From assembly GCA_004431415.1 (NCBI GenBank), contig QPMI01000019.1, forward strand, positions 1 to 58,747: a stretch of DNA of 58,747 bases. The letters are read 5' to 3'. Position numbers and translations under genes: made by a program. Below, in pieces: positions 37,404-48,900 of the stretch. This stretch comes from Cyanophora paradoxa CCMP329 (taxonomy: Eukaryota; Plantae; Glaucophyta). Within the stretch, counting starts at the first letter, position 1; each line of letters opens with the position of its first letter. The notes beneath the pieces were generated by a model. It saw only the letters and a program-made list of their open reading frames with translations. It made no database searches and was not told where the DNA came from.

Positions 37404-40400
37404 ATGGTCTCTTGCATTAGCACACAACACAACTACAATGAGTTTCACATCGCCCAATAAATCTCTCCGACTAGATACTATCGAGGACCGTCGTATGCTG
37501 TGCTTTAGAAAGTACAAAATGAACGAAAGGTTTGAAGGTTTCGTGTCTAGATATCTAGCTAAGGAGGTTTCTACCTAATACTAATGATGTGGAAGCTAGC
37601 TGTATCGATTTCTAAACTAACCTAAACTCCCGGCTACGAGGTCCTATCTCTACAAAAGACTCCCAATCATGGTACGTCCGCCGCCAGCGCTGCCCAAGGG
37701 CCTCGCCGCGCCGTGTGCCAGGCTCCTCGCCAGCCCCAGTAGATTGGGCTACTGGCCGCCTCCTGCCGTCGCCTCCGCCGCCTCCAGTTGTTGGTGTTGC
37801 GTCCTCCGGCCCCGCCCCAGACCGCAATCCCCCCGTGTCTCCCTCTAGCGCGGGCGCGCCCTTTTTGTGCCCACGCCCCAAGCATACCTGTTCGTATGGT
37901 CGTACACTTGCATGGCCGCCGAAGCCCGGACCCAGCCGTAGTCGTCTGGCGGGCAGCTCAGGTGTGAGAGGGCTAGGGTTTCCCCGCCCTGGTGGCGGGA
38001 CTCGAGGGCACCGCACTCCCTGCAGCGTTCCCGCTGCCGGGCTCCGGATCCGCGCGCTTCCTGCGAGCGTTGCCAGCCGTATCGTCAGGCGGCGCGTCGG
38101 CCTCGCGGTCGCGCGCCCCAGTGCGCTTCGCCTTGGCGCGACGTTCTTTCATGACCTTCGTGATCCCGCACGCCTTCTCCCACTCCGCGTACGCCTGGCA
38201 TCTGGCGGCCCACGTTTTATGGGCCTGCTCGCCTATGGCCGTCGCCAGCTTGCGCACGACCTGGGCAGCTTTCTTGGCGTCCGGGACGGTCTCGCGGACC
38301 ATGTCGGTGAGGCCCGCCGGGGGCAGCCCCCGTAGCACGCACATCTGCGCCTGCCGTTCAGCCGCCGTGAGCGTCGGGTCGTTGACTCTCGTGACCTTCA
38401 GGGATCTGGAGAGCGCGTGTGGCACTGATCGCTTCTGCGCGCCTTCGAGGGCCTCGCTGACCGTCGCTGCGATGCGTGCTTCCGCAGCGGTGCGCGCCTC
38501 CGTCGCCACCGCGCTGGGGCAGGTGAGGACGTGCTCCAGCGTCTCCTCGGCCCAATCACAAGCCGGGGCCGGCCTTCGCCATCGATTTCCCGCGTGCTGC
38601 AGAGCGCACAGAGTCCTGCCGGGTTCACTTCGCTGTAGAGCTCGGGCGCGTCTCGCTTGCGGACGAGGGCCGTCGCCACCGTACCCATCACGAGTTTCAT
38701 GTGCGTACCCCGGAAGCAGTTGCTCTCCCGGCTCACCCCGACTCGGCGGGGCCCCATAGCCATCTGATCGTACACGGCCCCATGGTCCACTGGCAGCCGT
38801 AGCCACTCCCCGGCCTTGAGCTGGTTCGTCCACGCGAAGTGCGTGTGGTGCGCGTGAAGCACAGCGGCGTGCCGCCGGGGGTCGCCTTCGACTCGCCTGA
38901 CTATCCCGGTCGGTCCCTCGATCGTCAGCACTGCCGGCATGCTGAACTCGGGCGGCAGGAAGATGTTCTCGTCCAGTTCCTCCTGTTCCAGGTGCGCGCC
39001 TTGATCGGCCGCTCTGTCGGCGGCGTCGTTTAGCTCGTGCATATCCTCGTCGCTGTGCGCCTTGACCTTGATAACCGCAGCCGGCCGCTGCCGATCCCGT
39101 CCCATCACCAGGGCACGGAACTTGGACCACGCGTACAGCTCAGCGCTGCACGTGTTCCGGATGTAGTCTCGCATGTGCATATCGTGCGCATTCAGCACGA
39201 ACTTATCGAACCACGTGCAGACGTTCTGACTGTCCGTGTGCAGGCGCACCCCCTGCGCCGCGAGCACGTCGGCGACGATCGCAGCCTGGAGCTCAGCCTT
39301 GTTGTTCTCTTGAAGCCCGCGCAGCCTGCCAACGTACGTGCCTGCCCATTCCGGGTGGTTCGCCACGGTCCCGTCCGGGAACTCAGCCGGGCTCACGACG
39401 CCGAGGCCCGCGTGCGCCCCTTCCGTTTGACCCTTCTTCAGGCTCCCGTCCGTCCATATCCACTGCTCGAGTTTCCCCGGGCGACGGCCGAGCTTCGCGA
39501 GTTCCGCCTCTTCGATCTGCTCCCAATTTGCCAGCATGTGCTGCCAGTAAACGGTGAGGGTGACCCCTTCCTGCGCCGCCCGGGAGTCCCAGTGGCACGG
39601 CGCTCCGCCCGCGTAGTAGAGTTCGCTCTGCTCTGCTGAATCTGACACAGGTTGTGCCTCGTCCCGCGGCTCGGCGCCCGGCGTCGCCGCCGCAGCCACT
39701 TCCAGCGCGGCCTGCAGCTCAGCCTCGGCCTCCGGGCTCAGCTGTTCGCGGAGGAAGCGCTCGTCACCATCCTGTACGGCTTTCACGCGGGCCTGGAGAA
39801 GCAGCGCCCTGCGTTTCTCGTCGTCTTGCGTGCGCAGGCCCGGGTCGTAGTACTCCAAGGTCGGTCGCAGGGCGACCTGCTTGCGCCCGCGCTTCGACTT
39901 CGTCTCCTGACCCGCCGCTACCGCCGGCGTCTCCTCCGTCGGTTCGCCTTCCAAGGCGAGGAGGGTATCCTCCTCCTCCCACCAGCCCTTCCCGTGCGTC
40001 CACGAGCCGTCGCACTGACTCATTTCGGGCAGCGCGATGGAGCATTGCGCGTGCACCGGTCGTCATGGTGCCAGTACTGCTTCCCTGTCCCCTGCACCGC
40101 CGTGTACGTGCTCGTCCGCCCTCTATTTCGGGGTGCCGGCAGTGACCGTCGCACCGGCAGTAGAGTCCCTCTTTCTCCGCGTCGGGGTCCGCGCCCTTCG
40201 GCACCGGCACCCAGTGCTCCAGCAGGTACTCCGACGCTAATATGCTGCCCGTCTCGGATTTGAACGTAACGACTCGCCCCACGTGGGGCTCGGCAGATTC
40301 ATCGTGCAGTTGCTCCGCCTCAAATACGGCTACGAACGCGTCCTTTGCCCACTTCACCTTCCGGGCCCCGCCAGGGAGCGAGGCCATGGCTGACGCGCGC

Positions 40401-43400
40401 TCTCCTGCCCGCCGCATCGGGTGCCGCAGCTGCTTCCCATCAACCGCGAGCGCGTTCGCTACCTCACGCCACCACGCAGGTTCGCTCTTCTGCAGCGTCC
40501 CCTTGGGCGCGCCCATGTACAGGTCCTGCCAGGTTCGCAGGGTCTCGCCGTCCGCTGCCGTCACCGCGTCCATGGTCGTCACGCCCGCCCCGTACAGGGC
40601 AGGGGCCGCGACGCTGAAGACGGATCTTGGGATGTGCATTGCCACGACGTAGCGCCGGTCGAGGCGCTCCGGGTCAGGCCAAGGCTCCGCCCCGGGCAAG
40701 GTGCGGAACGCCGCATAGCGCGCGTGATTCGACATCAGCCGGTACTTACGGCGCTGCATTTGCGGCATGATCGCCGCCAGGGAGTTCCCGCGGGCGAGTT
40801 CGCTGGAGATGGGCGCGTTTAGGAACTCGGTCGGGAGCAGAGGCACCCCAAGCTTCTCCTGCAGTGCGCGCACCCGGTGCCGTACCCCCGAGCCAGCAGC
40901 GAGCCCTCGGGCGCGCAGAGCCGGATCTGAGCCTCTGTGATTTGCGCCTCCGCTTGCAGGTGGGCTGTTCGTTTGAGGCTGTACCCCCCGTGGCTCCAGA
41001 TTGCGTAATTCGTCGTCGAGGCGGCGAGGTTCCCGTGGTGCTTGACGACCCTCATCCAAATACGATCGAGTTCCTGGCACTGACTCTCGCTCAGGGTCAT
41101 GAGCTTCAGGCCGTACGAGATGCGGGCCTGCACTACGGCCTCGACAAGGTAGCAGGCCTCGTTCGCGGTGAGCTTCTTGCGTTCTATCAGCGCGACTGCG
41201 CCCCGCGCCTGATCGCAGATGTACTGCCACTGACGATCCCAGTTCAGGTTTGCGCTCATGTATACCCCGAGGAGCTTGAAGTGCTCTTGGGGCTGGCGGA
41301 CAAGTCCGACGGGGGTACCGTTGATCTTCGGCGGGGAGGGCTGCTTCTCCTTCTTCTTCGCGGCGGGGTGGGCCCCAGGTTTGCTCTCAACTTCGCGACG
41401 TGCGTTGTTCCACGTGAAGATCGTCTTCTTCGCGTTGACCTCGATATCGTGCAGGCGGAAGAACTCGCCGGCCACGTCGGCCTGGGCCTGTAGCCCCCGC
41501 ATGCTTCCGCTCATCCACTTCGTGTCATCGGCGTACGCCACGCCGCTGACGCGGGCCCGGCCCTCGCGTTCCGCAGCATCGGTCTCCCTCGGGTTCCCCA
41601 TCACGTACGCCGTGCCCGGCTCCTCCCAGCTCTCGGGGTGGCATAGTGCTCTATCGTCTTTGCCGTCTTCTTTCCGTGCTGGCGCTCGTGCTGATCCAGG
41701 CGCTCTTGCGCGCAGAGGAGGGCATCGTAGAAGATCAGCCAGTGCAGCGGCGACTCGACACCGCCCTGCGGCAGCCCGCACTCGAGCTCGAACTCGTCGG
41801 AGAGGCCGTGACCGGAGATTGCCCGCGCCCTGCGGCGCCGGAATATGTTCCTGTGGAGCTCGATGTACCCCTCGGGTACGTTCAGCCTCCGCATCGAGAG
41901 CTCCATGCTCTCCCACGAGACGGAGTCGTACGCTCGCCTGATATCCTGCAGCAGGATGTACAGGGGCTTCTTGAACTCCTTCGCGTCCTCGAGGACTGCG
42001 TTAAAGACGTGGAGGGCGTCGTCCGTCGAGCAACCAGGTCTGAAGCCGTAGTTGGCCCCTTTCAGGAGCCCGTTCTGATGGATTGTCCGGGACAGGCGCG
42101 CGTTCAGGAGGCCAGTGGTCAGCTTCAAGGCCACCTCCTGCAGGGTGATCGGTCGCAGGTTATTTTCGATATCCCCGTCCCACTCCCGGCTCTTAGTAAT
42201 GCCGAGAATGTTGCCCTGACACACGGCATCCGGCAGGTCCCGGAGGCGGATCGCTTCAGCCACCAGCGAGAGCAGCAGCTTCCGGCCCCAGTGTACGGGC
42301 TCCTCTTCCGTGGCCTCCTCGGCGCTCTCGTTGGCTGGGCTCGGGCCCTCCGGCGCTGGGCCACCGGCCTCGTCGCCCTTACCGTCTTTGGGCTTCGGCT
42401 TGGGCACCGGCGCCCATAGGAACTTTACCATAGCATACGAGAAGTTCGACGGCCCGGCTGCCGTGTTTCTTAGCGTTTTAATGTAGTCGCCGAGCTCGCC
42501 TTCGCTCGGCACCGACATGTCGTTTCGGAATAGTTCAGGATCCGCGTATGCTTTTGGCTCGTATTCCAACCTCCAGAAGTCGAGCAGTTCTTTCCCATGC
42601 TATCCTTCAGCGTGCTTTCCGGTATTGTCTCTGGGGTGCAGCCCACGCGTGGGCGTCGGCGCCGGCACCATTTCCGCCAGTGCTCTTTTAGGAGTCGTTT
42701 CACTTCCTCAGGCTCCGTGTAGATTTCATACGTTTTTCCGTCCTTGGACACACGCGTGATGTGCATGATCGGGCGGTTTCGCGGCTTTTCTAGCACCGCG
42801 GCTATATAGGATCCGAGCTGGCGGCCGTCCATGAACTTGTCTAGCCTCTCTTTTAATGCCCTCTCGACGTCCTCCGCCTGGAGCGCCCGGCGGATTTTCT
42901 GCAGGTCGTGCCGCGTCCGGTTTCGCCATACTTTCAGCTCCCGGAAGAAGGTCGCCCAGTCTTCTTTGAGCTGCCGCCGGTGCACCTCGGCCCAGTCCTC
43001 TTCCTGATCAGCCGGGGGGTACCTGGGGACCGGGTACGGCTGGGACCGGCGCGGGGCTACCGCTGCGCGAGCCTTGTGAGCTGTGCGAGCTCGAGTGCGC
43101 ATGTGGGATCCGGGCGGCGGTGAGCCTTGCTCAGCCCTTGCTTGGCGCCGTTCAGCCGGACGGAGCGGGAAGGGTCGGAGGCCTTCCCTGGCGGTCACGT
43201 AGTGCAGCAGCTTCTCGATCGCCTGGACCGTCAGCTCCGACGGGATCCCGCCTGGTTCCTTCCTCCAAGCAGCGAGAATGCGGGCGACTCTGGCGTCGGC
43301 CTTCGCCTGCCACGGCAGGTTGCGCGGCTTGGTCGGCTTCCCCCTCGGCCCCTCATGCATAGATGTTCCTTTGCCACCTCCTGAACAAGGCTCGCGCACG

Positions 43401-45902
43401 CAGCGTGGATGCGGCTCAGTCGTTCGAGACGCTCTTCCGGCGTGCCCTCGCCGACGGCGTCAAGGTCCGCCCCGACAGCTTCGCCGAGCTGCCTGTTTAG
43501 CTCTCTTTTCAGCTCATCTTTCTCGTTTTGTGTGCGCTTCAGGCCGTCCGGGTCAAATACTGGTGGCCCGGGTTTCGGTTCTGGCTTCGGTCCCACCGGC
43601 GCTGTCATGCCCGCCTCCTTCAGGTCGAAGTCCGCGAACGCTGGATAGTGGTCCGAGTCGTGCGGCGCATCGACCCACGCGGGCACGTGTGCGCGCTGAG
43701 GAGCACGTGATCCAGTGATTCCGAGACCAGCACTGCATCGATGCGCGCCGCGTGCCAGAGCGCATCTTTTGGTAGGTCAGCCGGCGTTTCCTCCTCTGCT
43801 TCGCGTTCCGCGTCCTCTGACTCGTCTACGCCGTCTGACGGCACAGGTGCCGCCGCCGCCCCGACCGACGCCCCTTGGCCCTTGCTTCCGTGCGGGTGCG
43901 GTGCGTGATCTCGCGTGCTCCGCAGAGAGTTCCGTCATCATGTTTCGCCGCGTGGGACATCCCGGCGTCGCGCAGGTCCCACGAGTCGATCATCGTGTGC
44001 CACCACTTCCGTTCGGCTTTGTGGCTCTGGGCCAGGGCGCCGTTTCGGATGCGCGAGCTCGACGGGACCGGGACCGAGTTCCAGTCTCCCAGGAGCAGCA
44101 GGTGCGCGTTTTCACGCTCGTAGAAGTCGTCGTACATCTTCGTCAGTTCTTCGACGACCTTCTCCTGATCCTGGCGATGCGCAGCTTTGCTCTCGGACGC
44201 GGGCATGTACACGCTCGCCACGAAGAGCTGGAGGTTCCCTTTGAAGCGGAGCTCGAATCCGATCAGCCGGCCCTGGACCTCGTACTTCGTCGTGAGGTGC
44301 TTGACCCATTGCGGCGCGACCCAGAGAGCGGCGCCGCTCCCTCGCGTTCCGTCTCCTGATTTTAGCGTGTACAGGAGCTTTCCGTGCGTTATCGCGCCTT
44401 CCGGCTGGAGCGGGTCCTCCCTCTCGACCTCAGGGCGGCGGCCATCTGGGGCCTTGTCATCGACAGCTCCTGCACGCCCGCTACATCGACGTCCCAGCGG
44501 CAGCAGAATTCTTCTAGCTGCTGCAGCTTGTAGGCGCTGGACCCTCTCGTGTTGAAGGTCATGGTCCTCAGCACCCCGTCCGGTTTCTGCTTCCTGATAG
44601 CCGGCTCGTCCCCTATGAAGTCGCCACCTTCGGGAACAGTCTGGGGGAAAGACATTCTCCAGACGGAGCGTCGCAGCCGCCGCGGGTCCCGCGCCCCGGC
44701 CTTCTTGTTCAGCTGCAGCTTGGTTGCATTTTGTTTCTTTTGGCCCGTCGGCTTGCTGCCGGACGCCTTTGTAGGTGGGGCTGCTTTTGCCGCGGCGGGG
44801 CCGCGGCCGCAGATTTAGTTTTCTTTTTCATTTAGTAACATTAGATGCGTGGACTTTTTGCATCCCAGTGCCCCCGCGGATGTGCACGGGAAAGCTATGA
44901 CCTGCGGGGCAGATACCGGTGGTGCGGTTGACAAGGCCTGAGCGGGAGGTTACAGGCAAGCTTAAGCCTGCTAGAAGTGAAGGGATTCTCATTGTCAGAG
45001 CACAGAGCACAGAGGGAGCACAAAGGGCGGTGGCTAGCGATGCTCATGATCAAATCTAGACGCCGGCTAGCGCTGCGGCAACGGCCGCTTGCTGGGGCAC
45101 GCGCATATGCAGCCGGGCGGAGCGCGGGCCAGCGACGAGGTCAAAAGGGCTTCCTCGGACAAGTCTTCGACTTGCAGGTCGTACTGGCTATGGTCTGATA
45201 GCGACGCATGCGCAGCTGGGCTGCTCTGCGCAACGAAGACGTGAACGTCAACGTGCAATCTCGAGGGCAGCAGGGATTCGTCGGCAGCACTTCTTTCAGA
45301 GACGAAGGCGGCATCCGGGCGCGGCGTGGTCGCCGGCAGGAACTGGCATGGATCGTTTGCACTGCGGGCACGACTGAGTCGCCGGAGCTTGACCCGGGGC
45401 CGGGAAAAGCTCGATCGGCGAAGAGACATTCCGAATCACGACTCGAAAGTCGGAGATCAAATTCCGTGGGCGCCCGGCGGGCCACCGAGCAACAAGCGAA
45501 ATCCCGGCGGGCCGAACGGACGTACGCGGCGGCGGCGGGGATCTAAGTCTATGTTTTAGAGGGTCTGGGCATGTGCACGCCGCCGCGAGGGAGCTTGCGC
45601 AGGCAGCGGGGGCACGAGAACTATTCAAATTTCGGGAACATGGCGCGCGCCAGAGGGCTTCCCCTGACTGAGAACAACTTCTATTCCATGGATTTGGTGG
45701 CGAAAGGTCCGATTTTAGAGCGAAACGCGAGAGGACGGCCGGCATACCTCCATCTCCGGAATTCCGTTGATGTCGATACCACCGGGCGCGCCAGGGGCTA
45801 CCGAATGCTTCTACGCTAGCCGCTGGTCCCGCCGCGCTTTTGCACGAGCAGGAAAGACGTTTTCAGGAAGCCCCCTTTTTTTGGGGTACACGAAAACTCT
45901 CC
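37404..45902 (-). mobile_element. Apparently full-length non-LTR retrotransposon (LINE) with APE, RT and RNase H, 8.5 kb
   Basis: 20-bp TSD GTCCGCCCCGAGCTCCGACC at 37384-37403 and 45903-45922. The host-element frame is restored on removal. Confidence 0.95.
37667..44831 (-). CDS. LINE polyprotein (frameshifted in this assembly): APE endonuclease, RT, RNase H, C-terminal CCHC
   Basis: APE: TFNTRG, DVAGVQE, LLGDWN, RIDAVLVS, SDH. RT: RPITLQE, YGFRPG, QDIRRAYDSV, GLPQGG, YADD, KLLGV. RNase H: WTDGS, NKAELQA, TDSQ, KVKAH, NDAAD. C-terminal CALC..ETLEHVLTC. Both ends are approximate. Confidence 0.9.
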
Positions 45903-45922
45903 GTCCGCCCCGAGCTCCGACC

Positions 45923-48900
45923 CTGGCCAGGGCTCCGCGCCCTACGCCAGCGACACCTCGAAGCCCGCCTATTTCGGGCCGTTCGGTTCTCCGGACCGCG
46001 ACGTGCCCCAGGCACCACCCCGGTGCTCCACGAAGTCGTGGGCACTGGATTACATGCCGTATGACCACGTGCCTGCCACGGACGTGGAGAAAGAGGGCGA
46101 GCGCGAGGGCGGGCCCTACCTGCCCCGCTACGTGAGCCCGGTGCTCATGCCGCTCACAAAGTGGTACGCCCACTTGACGGCCAAGCCCCGTGACCTAGAG
46201 CGCGCCGTTGGGCTGCTCTTCACGAACGGCCTCGACGACGCGAAGCAGACGCTGCTCGTTCGCGAACTCGCTCAGGAGGGCCCGAAAGGCATAGTCCTTG
46301 ACCGGTTCCTGGGGGCCTGCGGCCTGCGGCGCCCCGAGCGCCTGCTGCTGGGTCGCCTGGCGCACCGCACCGAGGCTCACTCCCTCGCCTGCGTGATCAA
46401 GGCTGCGGCGACGATCGCCAAGCTCGATTACCGCCTCCAGGAGGGCCCCGATTCGAGCATTGCGATGCTCGCAATCCGCGGTGCCCAACTCAGCCACCCC
46501 GTCACCAAGTGCTCGGGTATTGGCTCGGCGCCTGATCCTGAGGATCTTTGGCCCGACAACCCCAATGAGCTCGACGTCGCCTCGCTGAAAGCTTGGGACG
46601 ACATGCTCTTGTCGTGGGAGCGGCACGCGCCCGCCTCGAAAGTCTGGGGCCTCGCCTCAGACTCGAGCGCACTGCCGGACAGCGAGCGTCTACCGCTGCT
46701 GTCCCTGCTCGTTTCGTCGGCGTACCTGCTCGCTCAGCCGGGCCTGAAATGGCCGGGGATCCAGCACCTGCAGGTCGAACCGAACGGCAACCCGCGGTTC
46801 GACATTACGCCCGACGGGAACGTCTCCCGTACCGTGACGGGCTACCACGCCATGCGCACAGCGCTCGCTGCAGCTCGTGAACTCCTCGACGAGGATTCCG
46901 ACTTCCACGCTTACTGCGTGCAGCTTGTGCTTGCCATAATCCGATTCCGGACCCTTACGGTGCTGCCGGGCGCACTCGGATTCGAGAAGGGCAGCCTTTT
47001 CGCGTGGATTAGCCCTAAGGACGTGGCCCCGCCACTGTCGCTGTTCCAAACATACACGGAGCGGCTGACTGAGGTCGCCGGAGCCACGTGCTTCGACACG
47101 CGCGCCAAGGGCACCGTCCCCGAGCGCGTTATCGCCATGCAAAACAGCCGCCGCGCTCGCTGCATGGCCGGGGAGCCGCCGCTCGTGAACCTGTCCGAGC
47201 TGGTGCAGCACGGCTCAGACCTTGAGGGGTTCCGGGCCATCAAGTTGCTCCCCCGCGTCGCCGTGCGCCGCCTGGCCAGGATCCTCGACCTGCGCCGCCC
47301 CACGGAGTTCAGCAGCTTGCTGTTCTCCGACTGGCTCATGGGCTTGGGGACCTATCACGCCGCCCCCACGGTCGTGGTAGACAGCCCCGTCGGCCCCGGC
47401 GAAGGGCTCCGGTTCCGGGAATTCCCGAATGCCGACCCCCTCATGCTCGGACCGAGCGTTGAAGCGTTCTACGATCGCTCCTACCCGATCACTCGCCGCG
47501 GGCGGTGCTGTGACTACGATGTCATTGAGCTGCTGGCATCCCGCACTGTCCCCCGTGAGGGCCGTGGCCCGCTCCCAGGCGGCGTCCGTGACTCGAGCGA
47601 GTACTCCTGGCTCGTGAACGCCCTCCACGGCGAGTTCTCTGCCGCGAACCGCTGGGGTGAAATGCACCGTAGCATTTTCACCTGGGTTTGCTACTGCATC
47701 TCGCAGTCCGGCGTCCGCGCCGTTGCTCTGCTCGAAAAGCCGCGCGACCGCGTGCGCTTGATGCTGGGCGAGGTACGCCGCCGCTTCACGGCCAAGCGCT
47801 CGCACCGCCCGGTCTGGGATGAGTTCGATGACGACCTCCAGACCAGCGACCGCATGGCTCGCGAGGTCGCCGAGCGTGAGGCCGCCGCCGGCCGCCGTGG
47901 CCGCGGCAAGGGCAAGGTCGACGAAACGACCTCTGCCGCCAAGCCCGCTCGCCCCCGCGGCACAAGCCGCCGGCCCGCCCCCGCCAAGCCGGCAAATGCC
48001 GAGGCTGAGGGCGAAGGGGAAGCGGAAGAGGGCCCCGGCACGACGCCCGAGCGCGTCCAGTACTGCGACAAGTACTGCGTGCTGCTGCCCGACCCGCTCG
48101 GCGGCAACCCGGCCCGCAATCCGACGGCCGAGCAGTACCCGTGGGCTGCTATTCCGCGGCTCGTGCCGCTCACCCTCGGCGAGAACGGGCCGCCCGACGC
48201 GCCCTGCGTGAATGCGACTGCCCCAGTCGTCACGCGTTTCCACCCGAATGCGCTCGACGCTGATGCAGCCATGCACTGCCTTGCCTCCACGCTCATCGCA
48301 AACGTCGAGGGCCATAACCGCGGCATCCCCGCCGCGGTAATGTTGTATGGCCCGCCCGTGCCACCGGCACCGACGTCCATGCAAGGCACCGACGTTCAGG
48401 GCTTGCCCTACGTCGCGGCGATGATGGGGCTCGACGAGTCCATCATGCAGTGGGTCGCGTCGGAGCCCACCCCCGCAAACCGCCTCGATGGGCCGATCAC
48501 GCGCGCCTACTCGGTGCTGAACACCGCCCTGCACCACACGTGCCGCCAGGCGTTTGCGTACCTCGCTCGCCCGCACACGTTCGAGGCGCCCATCGGGGTC
48601 AACCGCGCCAAGCGCGGGCAGCGCTTGGTCGTGTTCCACGAGCCCCGCTTCGGCAGGGGCTTCGGCATCCGTGGCGTCGCCCAGCCCGATGCCCGGGTCC
48701 GCGGCCTCCTGCCAGGAACCCCGATCCAGACGGGCGAGAAGCACGTGAGCACTGAGCTCGACGTGAACAACGTCGATGTCATGGGCGACCCCGTCGGCAC
48801 GACTGCCACGCGCTGCTCGCTTGGTCCCGCCCACGTGGCCATGCAGCACGCCCCGCCCTCTGAGGCGCGTCGCCAGTACGACCGCCTCCCTCGGCGCGTG

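Noticed and set aside
44830-45000. Possible HDV-like ribozyme in the LINE leader
   Set aside because: Stems are present, but I could not assemble the P1/P1.1/P3 topology. An Infernal or RNArobo search is needed.
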